Source: a virus. From it: a stretch of 64,000 nucleotides of DNA. The position numbers were made by a program, and so were the translations under genes. The DNA lies in IMG/VR virus record IMGVR_UViG_3300020045_012645, positions 1 through 64,000 of that record; one strand, written 5' to 3'. The notes under the pieces were generated by a model that saw only the letters and a program-made list of their open reading frames with translations, was not told the DNA's origin and made no database searches. Positions 49,281 through 59,986 of this stretch are shown here, piece by piece; the first letter of the stretch is position 1, and every line of letters begins with the position of its first letter.

Positions 49281-50881
49281 TCAAAATCTCCTCTTAAGCT
49301 ACTCATTGAGAAAGAAGTATATTTATCTGGTACTGATAGCCATTGAGCGTTTTCGTATTGGTATCTTCCTCTTGTTATTACTACATAGTAAAGTCTAAAT
49401 TCTTCTAATTGTTTGTTATTTAGTAAATCTAAATTTGGATTTTCTTTTCTAAAATATTCGTATTTCATTGGATCGAACGACCATTTATCTTGTAGTTTTA
49501 ATTTGTCTTGGTCTATTCTTGAATTTACTTCATCGTTTTGTATTTTTACTATTTTGTCAAGAGCATTGTTTAAATCGTCTTCAATGTATATAGAATCAAA
49601 AGTTAGACCTTTGCTGCTATGAGCTGAGGTAATTGTTGTTTGATGCGTATCGTGATGCTTCTCGTGCTCTAAAGCGCTATAGTATGATTCGTATATTGCT
49701 TGATTACCGAATCTTTTAATAAGTGATATTGCAGAAACAATTCCAATGTCATCTCCATGTACATTTTCTAAGAATGCAAGCACATCATCTCCGAAATCTC
49801 TTTGAAGTTTATAATCTGAATTATATTCTTTCATGTCTGCTTCTAGGAATCTAAATTCTGACACAGATACTTCTCTATATGGATCTTTTCTTAATCCCAT
49901 TAGAATTAATGGAAGTTGAAATAGTGATTTAACTGGTCTTGTTAAATTATATTTTGTTTTATGTTTATCAAGTTCTATCATACGATTAATTATTGCAGCG
50001 TTTGTTCTTGCTATATATGCAAAAGTTGCTGTACTTTGTTCTGGTGGATTTTTATATTTTAATCCCTTGAACTCCATTTCATTTGATAAATATGCATGAC
50101 AAAATTCTTCAATAACTGGAGCTAAATCTGAAGAAACTCTGTATGACATTGTTAATGGCATAAGTATTCCTTCTTTTTCTAAAGCTTTAAATCCATTTAT
50201 AGTTTGATTGAAAGAATAGATATTTTGTTGTCTATCGCCAGTCATAACTTTTTTCTTTGAATTCAATAGCATGAAAATTTCTAATGAAACACCAGTTATG
50301 TCACCTGACTCATCAAGAGCAAGAAAATCATATTCTGGTTGTTTTATTAAATTGTGATGCATTAAAATATGGAATAGTTTTAAATAGAAGTCGTGAGTGC
50401 ATTCTATCTTTCCGTCCTTCATTTTAATGAAATATGATTTTAATAAATCTGATTCATATTGTGTTATTTTATCTTCATAGCATTCATCAATGAATCCTTG
50501 AATTGTTATATGTCTTGATAAGAAATATTTTGCAAGAATATCAACTAGAAATGATTTTTTAATTGGATCCATTTTTTCTGTAATCATTCTTGCTTTTAAT
50601 GTTGGTCCAAGTTTTAAATTAAATTGTCTAACTGTTGATCCATATGCCAATGAATGTATTGTTCTGCAGTCTACATTTGGTCCAAATTTTTCTGAAGCTT
50701 CATCAGCTATTGCTTTGTTGTAAGAGATATATAATCCTCTTGTAACATTTAGTTGATTAGCTATTTCTATTAATAGGTGCGTTTTGCCAGATCCAGCTAC
50801 TGCGTCAATTTTGACTAAGTTACAGGCATCCTCCTTAATGGTATCTACTACCGCTTGTTGTTCGATTGTTAAAGAATTCAA
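49277..50881 (-). CDS. SF1 (UvrD-like) DNA helicase
   Basis: AVAGSGKT, TIHSLAY, LDESGD, GDRQQNIY, SYR, SAHSSKGLTFD, YYVVITRG. Confidence 0.9.
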   Translation of the reverse strand: MNSLTIEQQAVVDTIKEDACNLVKIDAVAGSGKTHLLIEIANQLNVTRGLYISYNKAIADEASEKFGPNVDCRTIHSLAYGSTVRQFNLKLGPTLKARMITEKMDPIKKSFLVDILAKYFLSRHITIQGFIDECYEDKITQYESDLLKSYFIKMKDGKIECTHDFYLKLFHILMHHNLIKQPEYDFLALDESGDITGVSLEIFMLLNSKKKVMTGDRQQNIYSFNQTINGFKALEKEGILMPLTMSYRVSSDLAPVIEEFCHAYLSNEMEFKGLKYKNPPEQSTATFAYIARTNAAIINRMIELDKHKTKYNLTRPVKSLFQLPLILMGLRKDPYREVSVSEFRFLEADMKEYNSDYKLQRDFGDDVLAFLENVHGDDIGIVSAISLIKRFGNQAIYESYYSALEHEKHHDTHQTTITSAHSSKGLTFDSIYIEDDLNNALDKIVKIQNDEVNSRIDQDKLKLQDKWSFDPMKYEYFRKENPNLDLLNNKQLEEFRLYYVVITRGRYQYENAQWLSVPDKYTSFSMSSLRGDFE

Positions 50882-51027
50882 TTCTTCTCCTATTATGCTT
50901 TTAGTGTATATAATTTGTAGAACCAGATTGTGTGTTTGCTAGAATGAAATTTATTTTGATGTTATCTGGCTCTAGAAAGTACATAAGCTGGTACTCTTGA
51001 TATGTTTAATCTTAAGTACCAGATATT

Positions 51028-51528
51028 TTATTTTTGTCTTTGATCTAAAATCTTTTGAAGTTTAGGTTCTGGAGCATATTTTTCATCAAAATCTGCTGGC
51101 TTTAGTAGTTTTCCTGCTTCGTCTCTTGGGCATCCAAGTTTTGCTTTATTTGATTGATTTACGATTAATAATGCTTGTTGAATTTCTTGAGCATTTAATC
51201 CAAGTTTTGACATTGATCCAATTGCATAAACAACTGCATCGCAAGCCTTGTCAAGTCTTTCAACATCAGATGCTGTTTTGCAGAATGCACCTTTTGAAAT
51301 GCCTCTTGATACACTTTTGTGCGTTGGAATTACTGGATCATTTTCAAAATCAAAATGTTTATTTAATGCTTCAGCTAAAGATGGAAGTCCTCCTCCTTTG
51401 GAAGATAGAGATATACCCTCAAGTGCTTCCTCAATTTGAAAACTACTTTCAAGAATGTCATCATATTCTCTTTTAGCATTTCCAGCATCAACTTGCCATT
51501 GCCAAATACTTTTAATAGGATTTGTCAT
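51028..51528 (-). CDS. MazG-like / HAD-associated NTP pyrophosphohydrolase
   Basis: QIEEALE, LDKACDAVVYAIG, SNKAK...GKLLKP. Confidence 0.75.
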   Translation of the reverse strand: MTNPIKSIWQWQVDAGNAKREYDDILESSFQIEEALEGISLSSKGGGLPSLAEALNKHFDFENDPVIPTHKSVSRGISKGAFCKTASDVERLDKACDAVVYAIGSMSKLGLNAQEIQQALLIVNQSNKAKLGCPRDEAGKLLKPADFDEKYAPEPKLQKILDQRQK

Positions 51529-51836
51529 TAAATAGTTCCTTCGAATAATTTTTGTTTTAATAAATAACCTTCAAGCATCCAAATTTTTTCAGTTGCGTTT
51601 TCTTTTGCTATTTTTTCACCAATTTCTTGATTGTAGTTTGCTGGAGAAGCACAAGCCGATTCACCAGTTACTGTGAAACCATTTTCAAGTGTCAATACAC
51701 AAACTGTTAAAACATCTGTTAGTTTATGAAAACTACATTCTTTAATCTTAGATTTAATTAAATCTGGAGTTAATCTTGGAGCATTTAAGTTTTTATCCTG
51801 AATCATTTGTTCTGTTGTTGTATTATTATTACTCAT
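51528..51836 (-). CDS. Phage Gp49/66-family protein (probable Acb4-like cyclic-nucleotide sponge)
   Basis: APRLT...LTVCVLTLENGFTVTGESACASPANYNQEIG...IWMLEGYLLK. Confidence 0.8.
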   Translation of the reverse strand: MSNNNTTTEQMIQDKNLNAPRLTPDLIKSKIKECSFHKLTDVLTVCVLTLENGFTVTGESACASPANYNQEIGEKIAKENATEKIWMLEGYLLKQKLFEGTI

Positions 51837-51991
51837 TAGTATGCCACCATTTTTGCTAAGTATTTTTTAGAAAGTTCTGGATCGCTTCCTAAGTCTTTGT
51901 ATGCTTCTTTAATGTTTTTATATCCTGCAAGTTCAACAACTTGTTTTTTGTTTAATCTACATAGATATTTGTAGTGTTCTCTATTTGACAT
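51836..51991 (-). CDS. 51-aa hypothetical protein, absent from ORF track
   Basis: Read manually; AAGGA RBS; stop overlaps next ATG. Confidence 0.6.
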   Translation of the reverse strand: MSNREHYKYLCRLNKKQVVELAGYKNIKEAYKDLGSDPELSKKYLAKMVAY

Positions 51992-52001
51992 TATTTATTC
52001 C

Positions 52002-52277
52002 TTATTTATTTTTATTGTTTAAATCTTTTAGTACCAGAGCTATATCTGGTTCTGAATAACCTAATTCCTTTAGCAATTCTCTATTGAAGTTAATTGCTTT
52101 ACTTACTTCTGACATTCTTTGATTGTCAATCATATTATCAGTTATTACTAATTTTTTCATTAGCTTTGTAGATAATTGTATTTTTACAAACAGAACATCT
52201 TTATATGGATATTCTGCATATTCCTTCATTTCTGTATCATATAAGTATTTAGCTGATTGCATTGACTGCTTCCCCAT
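52002..52277 (-). CDS. Hypothetical protein
   Basis: ORF in operon. Confidence 0.6.
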   Translation of the reverse strand: MGKQSMQSAKYLYDTEMKEYAEYPYKDVLFVKIQLSTKLMKKLVITDNMIDNQRMSEVSKAINFNRELLKELGYSEPDIALVLKDLNNKNK

Positions 52278-52968
52278 CTTTTAGAAGTTCTCTAAATTCA
52301 TCTTTAGAAATAGAATTATTAGTATAAATATATCTATGTTCTTCATCAAAAGGATTTACATCATCTGGTACTCTTGATTTGGTCTCATCTAATTTTGATT
52401 CATTTGTATTTGTCACTAGTTTTACTATTTTTAATAACTCTAGTGTTGCATCTACTATGTCTTCATTTTTAACATGAAATTCACATATTTCACCAATTTT
52501 ATCTGGTGAGAATTTTTCATTATCATCAGCTAATCTTCTACACCATTCAAGCATATTAAAATCTGCTCTTGATGCTTCAGCTCTCCATTGTCTTGTTTTT
52601 TCATCTGCATCAATAAATATAGTATGTACTCTGTCTCCAAAGTGTTTTTTTATTTTTTTTGCACCTTCTAAATCAAGAACAACTACGTATTGCTTATCAT
52701 CTTCAATTTGATTTTTATGTAACGCATAATACCAGTTACCTGCCACTGTGCTATAGCATCTTGATTCTATTATATTATCATGTACATACATATCCAAAAG
52801 AGTATTGTTGTCAATAAAGAAATATGGATTTCCTTCTGATTCTTCTGCTCTCATAGGTCTTGTAGAATGCGACACAACAAAGTTAAAACCAACTTGTTGT
52901 AGTATTTTAGCAAGTGTGTCTTTTCCGGCTCCAGAGAAGCCAGCAAGTACTATAATTTTGTTATTCAT
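52249..52968 (-). CDS. gmk: Guanylate kinase-like nucleotide kinase
   Basis: GFSGAGKDT, VSHSTRPMRAEESEGNPYFF. Confidence 0.88.
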   Translation of the reverse strand: MNNKIIVLAGFSGAGKDTLAKILQQVGFNFVVSHSTRPMRAEESEGNPYFFIDNNTLLDMYVHDNIIESRCYSTVAGNWYYALHKNQIEDDKQYVVVLDLEGAKKIKKHFGDRVHTIFIDADEKTRQWRAEASRADFNMLEWCRRLADDNEKFSPDKIGEICEFHVKNEDIVDATLELLKIVKLVTNTNESKLDETKSRVPDDVNPFDEEHRYIYTNNSISKDEFRELLKDGEAVNAIS

Positions 52969-53398
52969 TTTTTTCCAATTCACTAATTTTAATAAATTTT
53001 TGATTAGTTGTTTTTGATTCTAAACCACCTAGTTCTTTTATATATCTTCCTGTTTTAATATATGTAAGATTAGATAGTAAGTTATCTGAAATTTGATTTA
53101 GTTCTAGTCCAGTGTATAGACAAGTTTTGAGATTGTTTGATTTAACTAGTTTTAATAATTTAATTAAATAATCTTCTTGCCATTCTCCTCCATAAAATAA
53201 GACACAAGTTATGTATTTACTTCTTGTAATTAGGTCTTGTAATATATTTTCTGTAAGTTCTTCGCCATATTTAGGATTCCATGTTTCTGTAGAGTGACAA
53301 CCTTTGCATGCTAATTTACAACCAGATATCGAAAGTGCCAGAGATATTTCATCTGGTACTTCCTGCAACACAATTTGTTTAGAACTATAATGTAACAT
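52961..53398 (-). CDS. nrdG: Anaerobic RNR activating protein (radical SAM)
   Basis: QEVPDEISL, GCKLACKGCHS, GGEW, KTGRY. Confidence 0.93.
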   Translation of the reverse strand: MLHYSSKQIVLQEVPDEISLALSISGCKLACKGCHSTETWNPKYGEELTENILQDLITRSKYITCVLFYGGEWQEDYLIKLLKLVKSNNLKTCLYTGLELNQISDNLLSNLTYIKTGRYIKELGGLESKTTNQKFIKISELEKNE

Positions 53399-55181
53399 TT
53401 TTAGTTTTATTATAATGTCTCAAATCTGCTTCTACTTGTCTTTCTGAACTAAAATCTTTAATTTTTTTAAGATAACCAATTACTCTAGTTGCCCAATAAA
53501 TGTTTTTAGATTTACAATTGTCGCACTCATAAAGTGTTCTTTTATCAATTCTTCCACAATCTTCGCAGCAAGTTACTTTAATGTTAAAGCAAAAGTATTC
53601 ACATCCTTCTTTAACCGCTACATCTAATAGTTTAGAGAAGCCTTCAGCTGTTGGATAAGACTCTAGATTACAATGGTAAGCCGAGCCTCCATCTAAAAAT
53701 TTAGAAGTTTCTTTTCCGTGTAATACAAATTTATCAATAACTGAAATATCATTATCTTCTACTTTATAGAAGTAACTATTATAACAATCTCTTGGTACTA
53801 CATAGCCATCGGCTCTATCCCATTTAGCGAATTTAACACCTAAGTTTTCAGCAGGTACAATCTCTGTATTAAACTTAACTCCATATTTTTTAGCAGATAT
53901 TTTATTTAAATCTGAAATCTTTTTAAGTTCTGTTGCTAACCATGTTTTATATGGTTCATTATCTGAAATTTCATAACCTAAATACTCTGCAGCTTCTAAT
54001 AAACCATTAATACCAATTGTTAGATATTGTTTATCAAGTGTTATATAACCAGCAGTATATGTTGGCATCATTCCTGCTTCTAGATACTCTTCAAACAAAT
54101 CTCTAAATGCTAATTGATATTGATGAATTTTTTCGACTTCATCTTCAATTTTTCTTCCATCTTGAATTAATCTATTATAATTAATTGCTATAACATTCAG
54201 AGAACCAGTTGAGACTCCACCTGCACCAAGCGAATAAGAGAAATCATTAACCGAATCTGATACATCATTTTTAAGTCGGCAGCAACTAGAAAGTGCATGT
54301 GCTGAATCAGATGTAAATGTAAAGAATGAATTTCCTTCCGCATACTCCTTAGATATAAAATTTTTAAATTCTGTATCAATAAGAGTTTCACCATCATTTA
54401 AGCAAGCTGCTGTTACAACTGGAAAAGTTAATAATGCAACTTCTCTTTCTTTGTTGAACCATTTCATAAAATGTTTTTGTAATTTATTTAATGAATCCCA
54501 ACTTGGTTTTTGCATATCTGGGAATACAAAGTTACCAAACATTGATTCAAAATACGATTTATCATATATGCTTATGTTCCAAAATACACTCTGAAAACCC
54601 CTTGCAGCCGCAGGTTGATTTAATGCATACACTACAGATTGAATTTCTTGAGTAATTATTTTTTCATGTGTTAGTAAATAATTATCTCCATATTCTTTTC
54701 TTGCAAAATGATCAAAATACATTAGCCATTCTACTGTCGCAACAGCACCAGCAAATTGTGAAGATACTGCAAATACCAAGTTAATAAAACCACCGTTAAA
54801 TGATGATAAATGTTTTGGTGCTTTTGTTTCACCACCAAATGATTTTAATCCTTCAAGTAAAAATGGGTACAATGAAATAGATACACAATATGGCATTAAA
54901 GATGTTTCATCATGCGTATATATTTCATGAGACTCTAATTGCCTCTTGTACTCTAATGCCAAATCTTCTCCACTTCGTTGTGTAATTTTATCCATAATTA
55001 AGCTTCTATTCACTTGAATATTTATATCTTTATTCAGTTCGGCAGATAACGTAGCAATATTTTTATGAGATACATTCGCATTTGCATCCATTTTTGATCC
55101 ATCTGCTGCATTGCTAGCTTTGATGTAATTATTTATAAATGCTTTTTTTGCATCTATTTGTTCTTTGGTTAGTTTAACCAT
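53385..55181 (-). CDS. nrdD: Class III anaerobic ribonucleoside-triphosphate reductase
   Basis: IYTHD, PYCVS, SSCCRL, PAENL, Zn-site cysteines, glycyl radical TRVIGYL. Confidence 0.95.
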   Translation of the reverse strand: MVKLTKEQIDAKKAFINNYIKASNAADGSKMDANANVSHKNIATLSAELNKDINIQVNRSLIMDKITQRSGEDLALEYKRQLESHEIYTHDETSLMPYCVSISLYPFLLEGLKSFGGETKAPKHLSSFNGGFINLVFAVSSQFAGAVATVEWLMYFDHFARKEYGDNYLLTHEKIITQEIQSVVYALNQPAAARGFQSVFWNISIYDKSYFESMFGNFVFPDMQKPSWDSLNKLQKHFMKWFNKEREVALLTFPVVTAACLNDGETLIDTEFKNFISKEYAEGNSFFTFTSDSAHALSSCCRLKNDVSDSVNDFSYSLGAGGVSTGSLNVIAINYNRLIQDGRKIEDEVEKIHQYQLAFRDLFEEYLEAGMMPTYTAGYITLDKQYLTIGINGLLEAAEYLGYEISDNEPYKTWLATELKKISDLNKISAKKYGVKFNTEIVPAENLGVKFAKWDRADGYVVPRDCYNSYFYKVEDNDISVIDKFVLHGKETSKFLDGGSAYHCNLESYPTAEGFSKLLDVAVKEGCEYFCFNIKVTCCEDCGRIDKRTLYECDNCKSKNIYWATRVIGYLKKIKDFSSERQVEADLRHYNKTKNVTL

Positions 55182-55272
55182 ATTTTTTGTTTTCCTTTGT
55201 TTGTGATTTTATTTATTTTAATATAAAATTAGTTATTCATACATTAAATAAAATGTCACATTTTTGACATTG

Positions 55273-55312
55273 AATACTAAGTATAATGTTTATATTTATA
55301 TACTTAGTATTA
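55273..55312 (-). terminator. Hairpin between nrdB and nrdD
   Basis: aatactaagtata/tatacttagtatt. Confidence 0.5.
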
Positions 55313-55314
55313 TT

Positions 55315-56340
55315 CTAAAAATCGTCGAAGTCGATAGAACCTTTTGAGTAGTTAACAACATTTCCTTCAAAGAAGTTTGTTCTTTGGTCATTGAAACTTG
55401 CATATCCATCAACCCATGGAATAGGGTGTTTCACTCCGTATTCTGGTTTATATCCAACTGCTGCAAGTCTTTTATCTGCAAGATATTGAATATATTGTTC
55501 GATGATTGAATCTGTAAATCCTAGAATTTGTCCTTTTGTGATATGCTTACCCCAATTTGATTCTAATTCTACTGCTTTTCTAAACATTTCTCTTACTAGT
55601 TTTTCAAGTCTTTCTGTAAATAGCTCTGGTCTTTCTTTTCTTACTGAATTAATCATGTTTTGGAAAAGTAATAGGTGAGTTACTTCATCCCTTTGTATGA
55701 ATTTAATCATTTGAGATGAACCTAGCATTTTTCCTGATTTACCAAGTGCATACATAGCTGCAAATCCTGCATGAAAGTATATACCTTCAAGAATTTGATT
55801 TGCAAATAATGCAAGAACCAATTTTTCATCTGTTATATCTCCAGCCAATTCACTATAAACAAGAGAAAGATATTTATTCTTCTTTAAGAGTACTGAATCT
55901 GTTTTCCATAAATTATAAATTTCATCTGTGTTTTCAGAAATAGACTCAACCATAACGGCATAAGATTTACTATGATTTGCTTCTTCATAAGATTGTCTAG
56001 ATAAACAAGCATTTATTTCAGGAGCTGTGATATATGGATTTATGTTGTCCATTAGATTATTTGTTTGTAAAGAATCCATAGACATTAAATTTGATAAAAC
56101 TAGATCATACATTCTTTTCTCTGGTTCTGTAAGATATTTATAATCTTTGGCATCCCCTGTCATTTGAACTTCTCTTGGAAACCAAGTATTAGCTTCCATT
56201 GTGTCCCAAAGATTTAATGCCCATTCATATTTCATTGTAGTAAAGTTTATCATACCATCTGGATTACCACCGAAAACCTTACGGTTTCCAGTAGTTTCAT
56301 TTGATTCTGTATTAAATACATTTTTTCTATTCATAATCAT
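55315..56340 (-). CDS. nrdB: Class Ia RNR beta subunit (Campylobacterota type)
   Basis: [35 protein letters not shown]. Confidence 0.95.
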   Translation of the reverse strand: MIMNRKNVFNTESNETTGNRKVFGGNPDGMINFTTMKYEWALNLWDTMEANTWFPREVQMTGDAKDYKYLTEPEKRMYDLVLSNLMSMDSLQTNNLMDNINPYITAPEINACLSRQSYEEANHSKSYAVMVESISENTDEIYNLWKTDSVLLKKNKYLSLVYSELAGDITDEKLVLALFANQILEGIYFHAGFAAMYALGKSGKMLGSSQMIKFIQRDEVTHLLLFQNMINSVRKERPELFTERLEKLVREMFRKAVELESNWGKHITKGQILGFTDSIIEQYIQYLADKRLAAVGYKPEYGVKHPIPWVDGYASFNDQRTNFFEGNVVNYSKGSIDFDDF

Positions 56341-58757
56341 TGGCAACCGCTGCATTCTAAGCTTCTATCTTCTACATCAATTTTAGCTTCAGGTGATTTA
56401 CTTCTTAGATAATAGTTTGATTTATTACCTAATTTCCAAGATAACATATAAATCTCATGTAGATCTTTACCTGTTACCTTAGATGGGTCAGCAAAAACAT
56501 TTAGAGATTGACCTTGATCAATCCATTTACCTCTAACTGCTGCAGCTCTAATAATATCTCTTTGATCTAATTCATAAGCTGGTTTATAGTATTGATATGT
56601 TTCTGAATTAAGATTTGGAACAACAACTGGAATTAATCCTGATAAGTTTTCTTCAAACCATTTTCTTTTATAACAAGGTTCAATTGCTTGAGTTGTACCT
56701 ACAAGAATAGAAATAGAACTTGTAGGAGCAATAGCCATTAAATAACCATTTCTGATACCAGTATTTTTAATTTTATGTCTTAATGCTTCCCAAAGAATAT
56801 ACATTGGATAATATTTTTTAAGTTTTGTAAGCATTAATGTTTCTTGATTTGCATGATCATGTGGCATAATACCTTTTGACCATTTAGAACCTTCAAAATC
56901 TGGATATGCACCTTTTTCAATAGCTAAATCTGCAGAAGCATTAATAGTGTTGAATGAAATTAATTCCATAACATCATTTATTAATTCTAAATGTTCTTGA
57001 GAACCAAAGTATATTTGTTTTTCTGCAAGCATTTGATGTTCACCCATAACTCCAAGACCAACTGCTCTTGATTTTAAGTTTGTAGCTTTTACTTTTCGTA
57101 AAGGATAGAAATTTAAATCAATAACATTATCAAGCATTCTAATAGCTATTGGAACAACTCTTTCAATGTCTTCTTTTGTGTTAATTCTTGAAAGATTTAC
57201 AGATGCTAAGTTACAAACAGCTGTATCTCCGTCTATTTTTTCTTTTTCAACGCAGAATACTTTTGATGTTACATCTGGAGCTAAATTTTCAGATTTCTTT
57301 AACACTATAGTATCAAGAGATGTAATTTTGTTAGCTTTTTTTGTTTTACTATTTTTTAGCAATACATCAACATTTTCTTCTGCTAATAGAAATTTATTTC
57401 CATTGTCAATCCAGATTTTAATTAAATATTTATCTGGTTTTGTATTTTGGAAAATCTCAGTACAAAGGTTACTTGATCTAATATGTCCAACATGAGAGTT
57501 TGGATTAGCTCTATTTGCTGTATCTTTGAAACATAAGAATGGAGAACCACTTTCAAAGTAACTTGTAAGAATTTTCTTCCATAAATCTTTTGCTTTAACT
57601 ACTTCTTTTCTCAAAGAATCATTTTTTTCAAAAGACTCATATTTTAATTTGAATTCATCTCCAAAACATTCAGATAATTCTTGTACTTCATATGGATCAA
57701 ACAATGTCCACATTCCATCTTCTAAAACTCTTTCCATAAACAAGTCAGAAATCCAAAGTGCAGGAAATAAATCATGTGCTCTTCTTCTATCTTCACCAGA
57801 GTTCTTTTTCAAGTCTAAAAAGTCATTTATGTCTAAATGCCAAGGTTCAAGATAAACAGCTATGGCACCCTTTCTTGTCCCGATTTGGTCATAACCAATA
57901 GCAATATCGTTAACAATTTTTAACTGAGGAACAACTCCACCAGCTGCATTTTTATTGTTATCAATAACTCCACCCATAGCTCTTACTTGATTCCAATCTT
58001 GACCAACACCACCACCGAATTTAGATAACATACCAAATTCTTTAAACATACCAAAGATTCCTTCAATATTATCAGGAGTTGAACCAATATAACAAGAAGA
58101 TAGTTGGTGTCTATTTGTTCTAGCATTCGATAAAGTCGGAGTTGCTAACATAACTTCAAATTTAGAAATTACATCATAAAACTCTTTTGCACATTGTTGT
58201 TTATTAACTTCATCTTGGGCTAAAAACATTGCTACACACATAAACATATGTTGAGGTAACTCAATAGTATTACCATTGTTATTTTTGATTAAATATCTAT
58301 CATATAAAGTTTTTATACCTAAGTAGTTAAATAAGAAGTCTCTCTCTGGTTCTATGTATGCATTAAGATCTTCTAAATCGTATCCATCTGATAATGTTGG
58401 AAATAATTTTCCTTCATTAGTTGCATACTCAATATAGTCTTTAATGTGTCCATACGGAGTTCCTTTTGTGCTACCAAGAATTTTTCCTACAGTATGATAT
58501 AAATCAAATAGAAAAAGTCTAGCACCAACAAAAGTCCAATTAGGAACATCTATATCAATTTTATCAACTGCAGTTTTAATTAATAGATGTTGAATATCAG
58601 CAGAACTCATACCATCTACAAATTGAATATGTGCATCAACTTCTAATTCAGATTGAGAAACTCCATCTAAATCTTTAGTTGCAGGAATTGTCATTTTTTG
58701 AATTTTTACAATATTTAATTCTTCAAGAGAATTAGATCTTTTTTTAATTCTAATCAT
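56337..58757 (-). CDS. nrdA: Class Ia RNR alpha subunit with ATP cone (Campylobacterota type)
   Basis: [39 protein letters not shown]-terminal CSGCQ. Confidence 0.96.
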   Translation of the reverse strand: MIRIKKRSNSLEELNIVKIQKMTIPATKDLDGVSQSELEVDAHIQFVDGMSSADIQHLLIKTAVDKIDIDVPNWTFVGARLFLFDLYHTVGKILGSTKGTPYGHIKDYIEYATNEGKLFPTLSDGYDLEDLNAYIEPERDFLFNYLGIKTLYDRYLIKNNNGNTIELPQHMFMCVAMFLAQDEVNKQQCAKEFYDVISKFEVMLATPTLSNARTNRHQLSSCYIGSTPDNIEGIFGMFKEFGMLSKFGGGVGQDWNQVRAMGGVIDNNKNAAGGVVPQLKIVNDIAIGYDQIGTRKGAIAVYLEPWHLDINDFLDLKKNSGEDRRRAHDLFPALWISDLFMERVLEDGMWTLFDPYEVQELSECFGDEFKLKYESFEKNDSLRKEVVKAKDLWKKILTSYFESGSPFLCFKDTANRANPNSHVGHIRSSNLCTEIFQNTKPDKYLIKIWIDNGNKFLLAEENVDVLLKNSKTKKANKITSLDTIVLKKSENLAPDVTSKVFCVEKEKIDGDTAVCNLASVNLSRINTKEDIERVVPIAIRMLDNVIDLNFYPLRKVKATNLKSRAVGLGVMGEHQMLAEKQIYFGSQEHLELINDVMELISFNTINASADLAIEKGAYPDFEGSKWSKGIMPHDHANQETLMLTKLKKYYPMYILWEALRHKIKNTGIRNGYLMAIAPTSSISILVGTTQAIEPCYKRKWFEENLSGLIPVVVPNLNSETYQYYKPAYELDQRDIIRAAAVRGKWIDQGQSLNVFADPSKVTGKDLHEIYMLSWKLGNKSNYYLRSKSPEAKIDVEDRSLECSGCQ

Positions 58758-59323
58758 TTAATTTCTCCTGCAGAAACAATTCCCCAGTCTTCCGCCAAAA
58801 TATCTGTCTGTGATGCTAACCAACCAGTAACTATAGAGCCAGTTGCAGATTTCATATTTATATTAGGCAATCTAGTGATAGTTCCAGTATCACCATTTTC
58901 AAATAATGAAGCTTCAATTCCATCTATGTGTGTAAAATTTAGATCATTTTCTGAATCTTTTGAAACACTACCTTTATTTAAATAAATAAACATACCTTTT
59001 CCATTCCATCCCCATCTAGATACGCAATGTCCAAGTTTTAAAGCTTCAACTGCCATTCCAAATGGAAAGTTTCCAGTTTCTCTAAATTCTAAAAATACTT
59101 GTTCTTTTGTAGACCAAGAAATATATCCTTCAGCGAAATCAGTATTTGGTTTTGCATTTGTAAGATTTTCAATCATGAAACCTTCGTCGTCACCATTTTC
59201 ATCAGATGGCAAATCCCAATTTCTAAGACTATTATATTCAAGTCTTGTCATTGGATATGCAACAACGAACTTAGAACCAAACAATGTTAATGTTTGTAAT
59301 GTTTTAAGTTTCTCTTTGTTCAT
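58754..59323 (-). CDS. DUF2829 / Tad2-like protein with extra N-terminal domain
   Basis: FGMAVEALKLG..VSRWGWNGKGMFI...WLASQTDILAEDW. Confidence 0.85.
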   Translation of the reverse strand: MNKEKLKTLQTLTLFGSKFVVAYPMTRLEYNSLRNWDLPSDENGDDEGFMIENLTNAKPNTDFAEGYISWSTKEQVFLEFRETGNFPFGMAVEALKLGHCVSRWGWNGKGMFIYLNKGSVSKDSENDLNFTHIDGIEASLFENGDTGTITRLPNINMKSATGSIVTGWLASQTDILAEDWGIVSAGEIK

Positions 59324-59326
59324 AGC

Positions 59327-59605
59327 TTATTTACCAGCTACAAAGTCTTTTAAAAGCTTGCCAGCTTTAAATTTAGCAACAGTTTTTGCTTCAACATTAA
59401 CAGTTCTATCAGTACCAGGTACAGTTGCTGTTCTAGCAGATCTTTCAGCAGTTGCGAATGTTCCAAATCCAACTAAAGCAACTTGCTCTTTTCTTGCTAA
59501 TGTTTCTGTAATTGTTTCTAATGTTGCATCTAATGCAGCTTTTGAATCTTTTTTTGTTAATCCTGATTTAGATGCGATTGCATCAATTAATTCATTTTTA
59601 TTCAT
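59327..59605 (-). CDS. hup: HU family DNA-binding protein
   Basis: MNKNELIDAIA, VGFGTF, KFKAGKLLKD. Confidence 0.95.
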   Translation of the reverse strand: MNKNELIDAIASKSGLTKKDSKAALDATLETITETLARKEQVALVGFGTFATAERSARTATVPGTDRTVNVEAKTVAKFKAGKLLKDFVAGK

Positions 59606-59724
59606 AGTTGTTTCCTTGAAATTTTATTTATAGGATTTATTGCACATATCCGTCTTATATACCTATTGATACAAGTGGTGGTGGGGAGAAAGTCCACATA
59701 CCCCAATATGCACTACAATTTACT

Positions 59725-59910
59725 TTATACTAGTTCAGCTACACAAGCTTCAAATTCTCTATCAAAACATTTTGCATTAGTTGGCATTCCATCTTTTTCA
59801 AGAATTTTTTCTGCTTTTTCAAGTGCTTCTTCTTCTGATTTCGCATCTACATAAAAATATGCATGTACTGTTTCATAACAAGAAACTTTGTATTTTTTTT
59901 CTTCAGGCAT
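59725..59910 (-). CDS. Small hypothetical protein
   Basis: VDAKSEEEALEKA; AAGGA RBS. Confidence 0.7.
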   Translation of the reverse strand: MPEEKKYKVSCYETVHAYFYVDAKSEEEALEKAEKILEKDGMPTNAKCFDREFEACVAELV

Positions 59911-59959
59911 TTTCTTCCTTTAGTTTGTGATTTATATACCAGTAGCCAATTAGCGCAGA
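59903..59959 (-). pseudogene. Displaced second copy of the resolvase 3' end (SALIGYWYINHKLKEENA*)
   Basis: Homologous to the out-of-frame tail at 60883-60926 (SFLIGYWFINNK); overlaps RBS/ATG of the next gene. Confidence 0.7.
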
Positions 59960-59986
59960 CACTAGTTATTTAATGTATTATATAAA

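Noticed and set aside
57220-57450. Intein in NrdA after NLCTEI
   Set aside because: No C/S...HN splice motifs; it resembles the insert typical of Campylobacterota NrdA.
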